A DNA stretch of 64,000 nt from a virus. The notes under the pieces are model-generated. The model was not told where the DNA came from. It made no database searches and worked only from the letters and a program-made list of their open reading frames with translations. Of the stretch, positions 1-9,499 are shown piece by piece (position 1 is the first letter of the stretch; each line of letters opens with the position of its first letter). The DNA is taken from the IMG/VR virus record IMGVR_UViG_3300048591_000302, positions 6,749 to 70,748 of that record; one strand, written 5' to 3'. A program made the translations under genes and the position numbers.

Positions 1-98
1 CACGCCACATATCGACGGTCTCAGTCACGTCGCCAGATGACATACACTCGTTCACGCATTCCGCCGGTATTGATCCCGGCACGTACCACCCACGTTTG

Positions 99-650
99 TC
101 AAAGAATCGCACGATGGCACCCACTTTCTCCGAGTTCAAGCCCGGTTAATACGTTACCGAGGAACGGTGCGTCGTCGCACCCACATTGAAACACGTCTCC
201 GTTCGGCTTGACGACGAAGTCGTCGCAATAGCATCGCGCTTCGTCACCCCACGTACACCGCCCGGCTAATGAAGGTTCCGTAACCGTGTTGATGTTCATA
301 CCGAATGCCTGAATCACCGCTGGCTCAATCGGCTCATGCCAGTCATCCAGTGAGAGCCGACCGCTGATTGCTCCTTTAGCAATCAGTTTTGCAATCAAGA
401 AGGCACGTTCCGGAATCTTACCATTGGTAACGATCCACACTTCTTCTGATTGTGCAATCACTCTGCACAATATGCGTTCGAACTGTGGGTGAATGGTCGG
501 TTCGCCACCACCAATCACGTTGAATTCACCTCGACACATAGCCAGCGCGGCTTCCAAGACCTTCATCGACATGTCATCCCCGACCTCTGTAGCCGCGAAC
601 CCACAATGGTCGCACAGCATGTTACAGCGATCAGTTATCTTTAGGTACAT
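99..650 (-). CDS. Radical SAM protein with short twitch/SPASM-like C-terminus
   Basis: CxxxCxxC (RCNMLCDHC), GGGEP, VTNG and C-terminal VKPNGDVFQCG..LGNV. ATG at 650 follows a GAGGAAG RBS; the ORF track start at 668 is probably too long. Confidence 0.85.
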   Translation of the reverse strand: MYLKITDRCNMLCDHCGFAATEVGDDMSMKVLEAALAMCRGEFNVIGGGEPTIHPQFERILCRVIAQSEEVWIVTNGKIPERAFLIAKLIAKGAISGRLSLDDWHEPIEPAVIQAFGMNINTVTEPSLAGRCTWGDEARCYCDDFVVKPNGDVFQCGCDDAPFLGNVLTGLELGESGCHRAIL

Positions 651-840
651 CTGCTTCCTCCTTCTCAAAAGTGATTTCGCGTTTCGTCAGTTCCTTGCAA
701 TCCCTGCAACCAAAGATTACAATAACCTTATCAGCGGGTGCTCCAGCATGGAATACCATCATGTTGTCGCTCCCACAAGCATCACACTTGGGCAGTACAT
801 GTTTCACTATCCACCTCAACGGTTTTCGGTCCAACTTCAT
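631..840 (-). CDS. Small zinc-ribbon protein
   Basis: CDAC...CRDC pairs; overlaps neighbours in operon fashion. Confidence 0.55.
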   Translation of the reverse strand: MKLDRKPLRWIVKHVLPKCDACGSDNMMVFHAGAPADKVIVIFGCRDCKELTKREITFEKEEADVPKDN

Positions 841-1012
841 ACCGCGTCATCGTTCCGGTTTCGTCAATCAGTCCAAGTGTCTTGTGACACTTGTCACAAT
901 AGACGCGAACCAGAAACGTTTCCGGCACTTCTGTGTGAAGCATCTCTTGCAGTTCCAGATCATAGATCGATTCAGTTGGAACCTTGTACACAAGTCTGTG
1001 CTTACAACTCAT
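782..1012 (-). CDS. Small hypothetical protein, possibly Zn-binding (CKH...CDKC)
   Basis: ATGA coupling with the upstream stop at 1009. Confidence 0.5.
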   Translation of the reverse strand: MSCKHRLVYKVPTESIYDLELQEMLHTEVPETFLVRVYCDKCHKTLGLIDETGTMTRYEVGPKTVEVDSETCTAQV

Positions 1013-1335
1013 TTGTAGATCTCCAGATTTGTAAGTTGCCATTTACGCCGCACACGTTCGATGAAGGCTTCCCCATATGGTTGCCCATCCTTATACCGGT
1101 ACACCGCACGATTCGGATAGTGTACCACCCCGTTACGACCGGCGACGAACCAGAGTGCTGTAAGGTATCCTTTTGTTGTTGCAATGATTGGGTAATCACC
1201 GGGAAAGCCCATCGCTCTGCGACCGCAATGCCAACACTTGAATCGACCAACGCGACAGTGAATATCATACAACTGTAGAGTCGTATAATCCTCACCGAGT
1301 ATCGAGACCAAGCAATGCTCACACTTCAGTTTCAT
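1009..1335 (-). CDS. Zn-finger protein, DYPI paralog family member 1
   Basis: MKLKCEHC...CWHC...GFPGDYPI...LWFVA; AAGGAG RBS before the ATG at 1335. Confidence 0.65.
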   Translation of the reverse strand: MKLKCEHCLVSILGEDYTTLQLYDIHCRVGRFKCWHCGRRAMGFPGDYPIIATTKGYLTALWFVAGRNGVVHYPNRAVYRYKDGQPYGEAFIERVRRKWQLTNLEIYK

Positions 1336-1464
1336 CGCGCAACTCCTTGAGCAATCGAATCGCTGTTTCAATCCGCTCGATTATGTAACCCGTACTTCCT
1401 GGGTTCTTTTCGTTCAAATATTGGGCTGCACCCAACGCATTGTACAACGCCTCCATCGCTTCGC

Positions 1465-1803
1465 TCATGTGTGACTCCTCCATTTTCCTTCCGAGAAAAC
1501 GATCTGCCCGAACATGTACGGGTTGCCAGCCTGATTCATGAATCGCGTTGCACCGGATGATGCTACTTCGGCTCCGCGCTCAGCAACGAACCAAAGCACA
1601 CCGATCAGGTTTGCAACCGTCTCCGTCTGCTTCGCCTGTTCCATCAGTTCGCTGATTGGGTAATCAGGATAGCCATGGACAAAACGATTGTGGCACGACG
1701 GACACACGAATATGTCCACCGTAACCCGGATGTCACAGAGTTGCTCCAGAGACAGATCGAAATCCCAAAGAATATCTCCGCACTTTTCACAACGAATTTT
1801 CAT
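1465..1803 (-). CDS. Zn-finger protein, DYPI paralog family member 2
   Basis: MKIRCEKC...CPSC...GYPDYPI...LWFVA. Confidence 0.65.
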   Translation of the reverse strand: MKIRCEKCGDILWDFDLSLEQLCDIRVTVDIFVCPSCHNRFVHGYPDYPISELMEQAKQTETVANLIGVLWFVAERGAEVASSGATRFMNQAGNPYMFGQIVFSEGKWRSHT

Positions 1804-2132
1804 GATACCAACTCCTCGGCTACAGTTTTCCAGTTACTACCACACAGTGAGTATAGCAATACACCTCTATCGGTCATGATCCTGCCCGACCACATCACAT
1901 ACCCTGCTGCAGCACAGTGCCACATCACGTTACGGAGTGACGGGAACGAAGCCGTGTGAAGAGCCTCAGTGACATGCTCCTTGATTGGGTAATCAGGAAT
2001 ACCCATCACGGCACCATGAAGATCGCAATGGAAATCATACGCCGTGTATGGCAGTTCTTCAAACTCACATGTCATCGGTATCTTGGGCAGAGCATCAACC
2101 GGATTGAAACAGCGCTCACAAATGATCTTCAT
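1800..2132 (-). CDS. Zn-finger protein, DYPI paralog family member 3
   Basis: MKIICERC...CDLH...GIPDYPI...MWHCA; ATGA overlaps at both ends. Confidence 0.65.
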   Translation of the reverse strand: MKIICERCFNPVDALPKIPMTCEFEELPYTAYDFHCDLHGAVMGIPDYPIKEHVTEALHTASFPSLRNVMWHCAAAGYVMWSGRIMTDRGVLLYSLCGSNWKTVAEELVS

Positions 2133-2338
2133 GACCACACCTCCAGATTAAACATCTTGTCACCAATGAAGCCCCACACATATGCTCTGCTGAAGGTGAC
2201 TGTGTAGTCGAAGAAGTCCACATTACCTTCGAGCCAGAACACGACATCGTGGATGCTTGCATCTACTGCTGTGCGCACCTGTCCATTGGTCTCAGCCGAC
2301 TTATTCAAGTGATGGAAGAACGATTCTTTGACGCTCAT
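2129..2338 (-). CDS. Hypothetical protein
   Basis: GGAGG RBS; coupled to the next gene. Confidence 0.55.
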   Translation of the reverse strand: MSVKESFFHHLNKSAETNGQVRTAVDASIHDVVFWLEGNVDFFDYTVTFSRAYVWGFIGDKMFNLEVWS

Positions 2339-2424
2339 ATTATCCTCCGAACATATGTACGATACACATCAGACACCAGGCACCGTAGAGCACAGCAGCC
2401 ACCATGATCACGACACAGATCGCC

Positions 2425-2622
2425 TTAATCATTGAGCACGCTCCGTCCTGTCATCGGATAGATAATCCATTTGGGAGGCATAGATCCATACACGACCTCG
2501 CTCACCGCGCATGCGCCCATCAAGAACTCCAACTCTGCTTTTGCACGGGTCTTCTTACCGCGCACGTGTGACAAACGTTTCCGCAACATCTCTTCAACTG
2601 CTTTCATCTGTTCAGCATTCAT
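2425..2622 (-). CDS. Hypothetical protein
   Basis: GAGGAG RBS; co-oriented with neighbours. Confidence 0.55.
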   Translation of the reverse strand: MNAEQMKAVEEMLRKRLSHVRGKKTRAKAELEFLMGACAVSEVVYGSMPPKWIIYPMTGRSVLND

Positions 2623-3070
2623 CTCGTTACTCCTCGGACAGCCTCGATCTCGAACAATTTCGACTGCCCATTTGTTTCAATGGTTACATAATCCGATCGC
2701 TCATACCGTACGATGTGTACATCGTTCTCTCCCTGCTGTAACATATCAACCAGTCCGACTGGTAGGTGACGCCGCCCATATCCTGCGATATAGACGACAT
2801 CACCGCGCCTAAAAAGTAACATTAGTGCCACCACTGATTTGGACCGTGAAGCGGAGTCCAATAGCTTCACAATCGCACACCAGTTCGTTACAATTCGTGA
2901 CTGGATGAATCTCGATCGCGAAACGCACCTTGATGTTGCATCCCGTGTAGGTCAACGAAATCTTGGGCTGACCAAAGATTTTGTCGATCTTGTGGTACAT
3001 GAAATCGAGTTCTTCCACATTGTGAATGACACCGATGAACGTGATCTTCGCTTTATGAAACGGGTCCATA

Positions 3071-3457
3071 TCAGCTCTCCTGGAAGAAGTGGCAAGCAAC
3101 TTCGGTCAGATCGAAGGTCACGTGCGCCCCGCACCGGCACATGTACCCATCTGCGTCCGGCTCGAGAGTACGGCTGTTACCGCACAGAGGGCACGACACC
3201 TCGAAGATCGAGTCAAACAACTCGTCCTCGTTGCTGATTGCGCAATCGCCCTGCACGTGCTTCCCCTTGTTGACCGGATCGACGCTCGTCGGTTCATGGA
3301 GCACCAGCTCACTTCCAATGCCCGGACGCCCGTAGCGTGAATAACATTGTGGGCACATGTAACCCCATGCACTACCACCCTTGACTGGTGCATCATACTT
3401 CGCCATCTGTTCGCAGAACTGGCACTTCGGCAAATACGTCATCTTCACGGTCTTCAT
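3071..3457 (-). CDS. Double zinc-ribbon hypothetical protein
   Basis: CQFC, CPQC, CPLC and CRCG motifs; ATG at 3457 in ATGA overlap. Confidence 0.6.
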   Translation of the reverse strand: MKTVKMTYLPKCQFCEQMAKYDAPVKGGSAWGYMCPQCYSRYGRPGIGSELVLHEPTSVDPVNKGKHVQGDCAISNEDELFDSIFEVSCPLCGNSRTLEPDADGYMCRCGAHVTFDLTEVACHFFQES

Positions 3458-3634
3458 GGTTGCAATCCTTTCCGCATAATGCGCACTTTGGTTTCTTCGA
3501 TACATTTGATTAGGTCATCCAGATCTCTGATGCTCAGACATGCGTTGAACACGTGAACAACTGCTGCTGTCTCAGAGATAGAATGCGCGTTGAAAATACC
3601 TTGACGAAACGCAGTCTTGTACTGCGTTGGTAGA

Positions 3635-4156
3635 TCAATCAAGACTTTCACGGTATTTCCTCCACATTCTGTTACGCCGCCAGTTGACAGCGGCTGTTGT
3701 TAATCCTACAATCTGCGCAATCTCCTCGTCATTCTTACCGAGGATGCGCTCCTCTATGATTCTGTGATCCAGTTCGTCAGTCGTTAGGCTGTGCAAATGC
3801 TCATGCATCTGCTTGAGCTTGTCCTCTGTCGAGTGGATGTCATTATGCACATCCTCCCATGTGACGGTCTGGATTCGATAACCAGCCCGCCACTTCTGCC
3901 GAGGAACACGAACTATCGGTGACTTCTGCCGGTGGTAGTGTATCCGGCTATTGATGCGCTCGACCAAGTAGCCCATCCAGGCATCATGCTCCAGATCGAA
4001 CAACTTGTTTGAGCAGAGGACTTCCAAGACCACTTGGAAACCCTCGTTCTGCTCGTCCTTCGTCCTCGAAATATTCTCTACCACCGGGCGGATGCCATTG
4101 ATCACGGAATCTATATCTTGCGTGAGAACGTAATTCCGTAATTCAACGTCATTCAT
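3635..4156 (-). CDS. Sigma-70-like factor or HTH regulator (sigma region 4)
   Basis: IVRVPR motif and C-terminal HTH EEIAQIVGLTTAAVNWRRNR. Confidence 0.6.
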   Translation of the reverse strand: MNDVELRNYVLTQDIDSVINGIRPVVENISRTKDEQNEGFQVVLEVLCSNKLFDLEHDAWMGYLVERINSRIHYHRQKSPIVRVPRQKWRAGYRIQTVTWEDVHNDIHSTEDKLKQMHEHLHSLTTDELDHRIIEERILGKNDEEIAQIVGLTTAAVNWRRNRMWRKYRESLD

Positions 4157-4587
4157 TCGCGAACTCCCATCATCGGTGCGAACCCACCACGCAAGCGACT
4201 GGCAACATAACGGTTATCGCGGTAACAACTGGTTGCCGCTCCGACTTTCTGCGCCTCGTACACTCGCTCGATGCTGAAACCGAGACACAGAGCGTACGTT
4301 GTCAGACGTTCCAAGTGCTTCTCAGGCTTATGCGCTGCTGCGACATTGTAAATGTTGCGGAACTGATTCACCAAATCTTCGAAGACCATCGTCTCGCAGA
4401 TCGGAATGAGCGTTTCATCGCCGACGAGCAAGACGCCCATCTCCTTGTATTGTGATGCAACTTCGAGTGCATTGTTGCATTGGACTTCGACGAGATACTC
4501 ACCATTGTGACCCAGAGGGATCAGCATGTACTCGGAACGGATATTGGACAGTTTCGATTCGCTATGCAGTTTGATCTTGAGTTTCAT
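4153..4587 (-). CDS. Hypothetical protein
   Basis: 144-aa ORF with GGGAG RBS, ATGA-coupled. Confidence 0.6.
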   Translation of the reverse strand: MKLKIKLHSESKLSNIRSEYMLIPLGHNGEYLVEVQCNNALEVASQYKEMGVLLVGDETLIPICETMVFEDLVNQFRNIYNVAAAHKPEKHLERLTTYALCLGFSIERVYEAQKVGAATSCYRDNRYVASRLRGGFAPMMGVRE

Positions 4588-4640
4588 TGCAAGTCTCCCT
4601 AATTGTAATTATAATTGTTATTGACACAACCGAGCGTTTT

Positions 4641-4949
4641 TTACTTCCCGAGCACCTCCAATCTTTTGTACCATGCTTTGATGATCATGGTGACTGCGAG
4701 GTTTCGTTCTGGATTATGTGCATCTTCTTTGCACTCGGTCCCGTTTACATACATCTCGTAAGCACGAAGAACCGACCGTTTGGCGACGTTTCGCCGAACA
4801 GTCGGTTCTTGGAGCATGAATGCGTATTTGCCGTTGATCGTGTAATCGCGATACACGAGCGACAGCTGATGTGTGAACCGAGACCAGTTCATCTTCCTGT
4901 ATGTGTACAGGTAGGTCTCATAGATTTCGTTGTAGAACTTGCGCGTCAT
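4641..4949 (-). CDS. Hypothetical protein, first gene after the 5.1 kb promoter
   Basis: AAGGTGA RBS before ATG. Confidence 0.55.
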   Translation of the reverse strand: MTRKFYNEIYETYLYTYRKMNWSRFTHQLSLVYRDYTINGKYAFMLQEPTVRRNVAKRSVLRAYEMYVNGTECKEDAHNPERNLAVTMIIKAWYKRLEVLGK

Positions 4950-5098
4950 ATATCACCTTTGATTCTGATTTGGTAATCTGGCTTGTAGCCACACTACCTT
5001 GACTTCTGATTATGAGATTCGGCATAATCTGCGAATCTCTATTCCGCTTTGAATAGCGGAACCAACAACCAACCAATAATGTAAAAGAACTATACCAT

Positions 5099-5126
5099 AT
5101 TATACCCTAAAAAGGGTAAAATACAA
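5099..5126 (-). promoter_or_regulatory. Sigma70-type promoter TTGTAT-N16-TATAAT
   Basis: Perfect -10, AT-rich upstream tract, TACCCT/AGGGTA inverted repeat across the spacer, intergenic. Confidence 0.6.
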
Positions 5127-5177
5127 GCGGGAAACAAATTATTTTCGATTTATTTTCAACCAGGGTTCAACCCCAGG

Positions 5178-5618
5178 TTATGAGATTATGGGCAATCTGA
5201 TAATCTGGTAAAATGTGTGGATTTCTTGATCTGCAAGCGTGGTTATGTAACCTCGCGAGTCGTAGATTTGCTCACCATCCCATGCTACTGCGTGACCGGG
5301 CATGAGCAATATGCCCATGCGCCCTTGTATATGCTCACGCAGACATAGATAATATGAGATTGCATCATCATCACACGTACCCACGTGTATCACGCGCTCG
5401 AACGTGACACACGCATATCCGTGATCAAGCGCAGCGAGCGCAAGCTCGTTCGGGTGCATACCCTTGTAACACAATGGAGCTGAGCATCTTGGTCGAACGA
5501 TCTTGTCACACGCATAGCGTGTGATTAACGAATCTGTCTCAGCATCCGATAGGTCAAGGCATGATGCAAGCGCGAGCGCGAGGCATGAACCTGGTCTTCT
5601 GCTTGTTATGAGTCTCAT
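5178..5618 (-). CDS. Putative papain-fold (C39-like) cysteine peptidase
   Basis: N-terminal GSCLALALAS (candidate catalytic Cys) and GHAVAWDGEQIYDS (His...Asp). Confidence 0.5.
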   Translation of the reverse strand: MRLITSRRPGSCLALALASCLDLSDAETDSLITRYACDKIVRPRCSAPLCYKGMHPNELALAALDHGYACVTFERVIHVGTCDDDAISYYLCLREHIQGRMGILLMPGHAVAWDGEQIYDSRGYITTLADQEIHTFYQIIRLPIIS

Positions 5619-5941
5619 AGTGTTAGCAACAGGTATTTGTCGTAGTTTGGTTTCTGGAACAAGACCTTGTACTCATAGTCGTTCGCGGCAGTCATGATCC
5701 AAACACCAGACCCATTATCACAGAGTCTTGGGAAAGTCTGGAGCTGGGCTGCCGTGAACCGCGAGCCTTTCATATTGGGTAACTTGACCTCAATAAGTCG
5801 GATACCGTAAAGGCGATGCGTGGCAAACAAGTCTGGCATACCCTCCTGATAAGCATTGCCATGCAACACCTTTACGAACCAACCTCGTAAGGTTAGGAAA
5901 TCCTTTATGTCTGTTTGGATTCGGGCTTCTCTACCTTGCAT
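5615..5941 (-). CDS. VRR-NUC family nuclease
   Basis: EARIQ..I...L...GW, GMPDL, IEVK and AQ motifs of the PD-(D/E)XK VRR-NUC family. Confidence 0.85.
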   Translation of the reverse strand: MQGREARIQTDIKDFLTLRGWFVKVLHGNAYQEGMPDLFATHRLYGIRLIEVKLPNMKGSRFTAAQLQTFPRLCDNGSGVWIMTAANDYEYKVLFQKPNYDKYLLLTL

Positions 5942-6168
5942 TGTTCCTCTTTCATCATTTGAATTGCGAACAACAGCATTTCGACGGCCTGCTTGCAATG
6001 GTGCATCTCATTAGGCGTGTCAATCAAGGCAAGCGCACACAAGCGTTTGGCTTGGTGCATGTAGAAAGCCTTGTTCTCGACGTCGAGCGAGATCTTGGTT
6101 ACCAAATCTTTGAGATCCGGTTTGCACTCATGGAGCAGCGAACGTAATTGTTTGTCAGTCATTTTCAT
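5905..6168 (-). CDS. Hypothetical protein
   Basis: GGAGG RBS; operon context. Confidence 0.5.
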   Translation of the reverse strand: MKMTDKQLRSLLHECKPDLKDLVTKISLDVENKAFYMHQAKRLCALALIDTPNEMHHCKQAVEMLLFAIQMMKEEQCKVEKPESKQT

Positions 6169-6323
6169 CTAAGTCATCCTCCATATCAAACATGATTGTG
6201 TCATCGAAGTAACCCTTGCAAGCGAGATCCTGCTTGCAATTACCATCTTTGTCTACCAACACGTTCTTATTGACGTGCGCGATCATACAGCGACCCTTGT
6301 CATTACAGGACGAGCAACCGATT

Positions 6324-6722
6324 TCATTCATAGGGATACATCCTCCTCAGCACTCCCGGACGTTGTGTCCATGCTTCGATAAGCGTGGACTTGTACTTCT
6401 TCAGCAGTTTCACTTCTTCGAGGTTCTTGATTGTGTCATCGAAATCCTTGTACGTCTCGTACATATCCCACGTATCGGGCGTACGCAATCGATAGATTGA
6501 CATGAACGGCTTGACTTGTTTCATCACGAAGGTGCCGAGCCAGATTTGCGCATCTTTGATCTGGTCGTTGGTTGCACCCTGTCCTGGGTAGACAATGATG
6601 GAACCGAATCCGCATACGCGCATACATTCGTGCGCTTCCTTTATGAAGAACTCCTTGATGCCGTCAATCATTTCCTGTTTCATTTTTCTCACGTCCTTTC
6701 TTACGGTTACGTATTTCTTCAA
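6324..6722 (-). CDS. Hypothetical protein
   Basis: Operon context; the true start may be internal (MKQEM). Confidence 0.5.
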   Translation of the reverse strand: MKKYVTVRKDVRKMKQEMIDGIKEFFIKEAHECMRVCGFGSIIVYPGQGATNDQIKDAQIWLGTFVMKQVKPFMSIYRLRTPDTWDMYETYKDFDDTIKNLEEVKLLKKYKSTLIEAWTQRPGVLRRMYPYE

Positions 6723-7014
6723 TCAATCGGACCTTATTGTGTTGATAGTACTTGGGTATGCCCATGTTACGTGCAAGCCCATACAGGTCTTGCATTGTCA
6801 TATCATAGTATGTTTCGTAGCGCAAGTACAACTCATCGATATACGATAGCAACTTGTCATAGTTGCATATCCGGACGACCTTGGCAATGTACGCTAATTC
6901 ATCCTCCTTTAGTTTGGAGATCAGCGTTTTCTCCAGATTACCTAATCTGTATTCGATCTTCCGTGCCTCTGATGTTCGAGCTTTGGATAGGTCAACGACA
7001 TCTTCCCATATCAT
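6664..7014 (-). CDS. Protein with C-terminal Rho-N-like helical nucleic-acid-binding motif
   Basis: MTMQDLYGLARNMGIPKYYQHNKVRLIEEI matches the Rho_N pattern. Confidence 0.5.
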   Translation of the reverse strand: MIWEDVVDLSKARTSEARKIEYRLGNLEKTLISKLKEDELAYIAKVVRICNYDKLLSYIDELYLRYETYYDMTMQDLYGLARNMGIPKYYQHNKVRLIEEIRNRKKGREKNETGND

Positions 7015-9314
7015 TTTTCACCCCAGCTTGTCATATTGGTTTTCCATTCCATACCGATAAGTGGAACAATGGGTCTATAGGACTCGACCTTGAGGCGAAC
7101 TGTCTCTGCTATCGCTGCTGATGCTGTGCGCTTATTGACACACATGATTTCGTCATGTATGTTCAGCGGAAGCGTAACAAATGGGTGCGCCCCTTGCGGT
7201 TGATGGTCCCATATTCCTCGTTGTACAGCTTTGGTAATCTGCGCTCCAGTAGACTGGATACGGTGGTTACCTGCTGCTCTCATGTTAGATCCTTGAATCT
7301 GGAAAGCAGCACCATACAAAGCGGATTGCAATGCTCCGCAAGCTGTCTGCTCTCTATCAGAACGAACCACGGTCAACCGCAGTTTCTTCCACGGTTCAGG
7401 TGGCTTCTGTGCCATGTCAAATAGCGCACGGCAGATACGATTCTCAAGAGTGAAATACCTGCGGAACATGAGCATACTCGCTATGTAATCTGCCGGTTCA
7501 TGCCACTCAACAGCTGTGCCTATGCCACCAGGCTGTTTCATGGAACAGAACATATCGACCACATCACGACGTGCTTCACAGAACTCAGGATAATCTTCGA
7601 GAATACGCCTGTATGCTTCCTCAGCTACATCCTCAGGAAGACCCACTCTTGTAACGAGAGTATGAGTCTCACCGAAGTAACAGACAGCGAACACACCGTT
7701 CTTGCTTCTGCTGTACAAATCCTGTTTCGTACCTTTGGTTGCGCAAATCTCGTCATACGACAAGTGCGGGAAGAAGTACCTGCTTCCCCAGATCGAGTGA
7801 ATCTTGAGACCAGAAGTAAGTTCTGCATGCATCTTACTATCATGGTATGCCGCATCCATCAAGCCAACTTCGAACGAATCGAAGTCACCGCCATCAAGCT
7901 GGTAACGCTTGTTGAAAGCGAGCTGGAAACACTCACGCACCTTGCGCTCACGATTGATACCTTGTGGATTCAGTTCATCAGCACCTGACATGCGCGTACT
8001 CAGTGAGCCGATGACCTTGAATGATGCGTGAAATCTACCAGCCCGCAACAGTTTGTTGTACAGGTCGATTTCCTTCTCAGCACCACGGGCATCAATAATC
8101 TCTTGTGCCCGTAGGGCTGCGGGATGAGGCGAACTGTCATCGTTTGACCACGTTGCGACATGCTCAAGGAGCTTGCCGCGTGTGCTGTCAACGATAAGGG
8201 CTTCAGTTGGTTCCATCACGTCGTGCAAATATTTCAACGCTCTGCGTGGGTCAGTAGGTATGCGCCCTCTGGAGTCCACAGATTCTTTAATCAGAGCTTT
8301 GATCTTCGCCTTATTGATCGCGAAACCGTGCCACCGAACATTACCAACCATGCAAGCAAGTTCGCTGTCGTCATCAGACACAACAAGCTGTAAGTCCTCA
8401 TTAGCTGTTCGCTTGAAGAAATTATACAACTCGCGGGTGTACACGATGTCATCATGAGCATACTTGCGAGCTTGATCGTTGAACTCCCACATGCGCACAT
8501 GATCTTCAACGTAGCGAGGCCAAGTTTGCTTCCAGTCATAATACACGTCTCCTGATGGGAGTTTGATTACTTTTGGTTTCACATACTTGCCTTCGATGGT
8601 TTTGTAACCTGCAAGTGCGAACGGGGCATAGCCCAATCCTCGCGGATGCGTGACATCCAAGTTCTCGTACTTGATTTGCACATCCAGTCCGAGCGCATCA
8701 ACGGCTAATGCTTTCAATGCACTTGAAGGCGCGAACTTCAAGATGACATCTTGGAACTTCAAATCCAATTTCCCATCTGCATCCTTACGGTCGCGAATGT
8801 GCCATTTCTTCTTTTCCTTGGACCGCTCGAAGTAGATGTCCTTAATCTCGATACGCTTGTTCAATTCTTCAGCGAGAAACTTCCCCAGCTCGACCGGAAC
8901 CTTCTTGACGCGAATGGACTTGCGGTCCATCGTGCTTTGATATGGTCCCTTACGAGCATGGAGCATCAGATCAACGATACCGCGAGGCTTGAGACACAAG
9001 GCATTGTTCCGTGCCTTAGGTTCAAGAAGTGCGATTTCGTTAATCATGCTGATCGGTTTCTTGTCAAAGCCATAGGTTTCACCAGTAAGACGCAGAACAT
9101 TATACAGCTTCGTCAAGTGAAACTGGTCAAATGCCCAGTTGAAACCGCACAAGTCATGCTTGAACAAATCTTCGATTAGTTCAAGAGTGACCTTGATGGG
9201 TTCAAGCCATGGGCTATATAGCGTTATCGGTCCATCATCTTCAGCGTACTGAATGAGGACTATAATGCCATGTAAGCCACATGTTTCTGTGTCTACGAAA
9301 TGCATAGGTAACAA
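7011..9314 (-). CDS. polA: DNA polymerase family A with 3'-5' exonuclease domain
   Basis: ExoI DTET, ExoII FNWAFD, ExoIII YAHDD; motif A DFDSFE, motif B KNGVFAVCY, motif C IHDE. Confidence 0.92.
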   Translation of the reverse strand: MLPMHFVDTETCGLHGIIVLIQYAEDDGPITLYSPWLEPIKVTLELIEDLFKHDLCGFNWAFDQFHLTKLYNVLRLTGETYGFDKKPISMINEIALLEPKARNNALCLKPRGIVDLMLHARKGPYQSTMDRKSIRVKKVPVELGKFLAEELNKRIEIKDIYFERSKEKKKWHIRDRKDADGKLDLKFQDVILKFAPSSALKALAVDALGLDVQIKYENLDVTHPRGLGYAPFALAGYKTIEGKYVKPKVIKLPSGDVYYDWKQTWPRYVEDHVRMWEFNDQARKYAHDDIVYTRELYNFFKRTANEDLQLVVSDDDSELACMVGNVRWHGFAINKAKIKALIKESVDSRGRIPTDPRRALKYLHDVMEPTEALIVDSTRGKLLEHVATWSNDDSSPHPAALRAQEIIDARGAEKEIDLYNKLLRAGRFHASFKVIGSLSTRMSGADELNPQGINRERKVRECFQLAFNKRYQLDGGDFDSFEVGLMDAAYHDSKMHAELTSGLKIHSIWGSRYFFPHLSYDEICATKGTKQDLYSRSKNGVFAVCYFGETHTLVTRVGLPEDVAEEAYRRILEDYPEFCEARRDVVDMFCSMKQPGGIGTAVEWHEPADYIASMLMFRRYFTLENRICRALFDMAQKPPEPWKKLRLTVVRSDREQTACGALQSALYGAAFQIQGSNMRAAGNHRIQSTGAQITKAVQRGIWDHQPQGAHPFVTLPLNIHDEIMCVNKRTASAAIAETVRLKVESYRPIVPLIGMEWKTNMTSWGEK

Positions 9315-9499
9315 ATGACCTCACGTCTGTTGTTAGCAAGCTTGCAATCGAACTTGATTCCGTTGATCTCGAATTGCGGGGAAATGCTTTTGAGTTTCAC
9401 TGGTGACTGCATAACGAACACGCGGAGACCACTGGAAACAACTTTGAACGGTCTGTCAATTCCAGGCATCTTGAGCGTGTTCCCTGGTTTCATAATCAT
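9293..9499 (-). CDS. Hypothetical protein
   Basis: ATGA coupling. Confidence 0.5.
   Translation of the reverse strand: MIMKPGNTLKMPGIDRPFKVVSSGLRVFVMQSPVKLKSISPQFEINGIKFDCKLANNRREVICYLCIS

Noticed and set aside
99-650. Radical SAM protein as the NrdG activase for the glycyl-radical peptide
   Set aside because: Lacks the GCxxxCxxCxN activase context, has a twitch-like tail, and lies 29 kb away.
493-1278. 261-aa plus-strand ORF
   Set aside because: Opposite a coupled run of minus-strand genes; no recognisable motifs.
7011-9314. Z-genome (2-aminoadenine) or deazaguanine system
   Set aside because: No purZ, datZ, dpdA, folE or queC/D-like genes in the window; MazG alone is not diagnostic.
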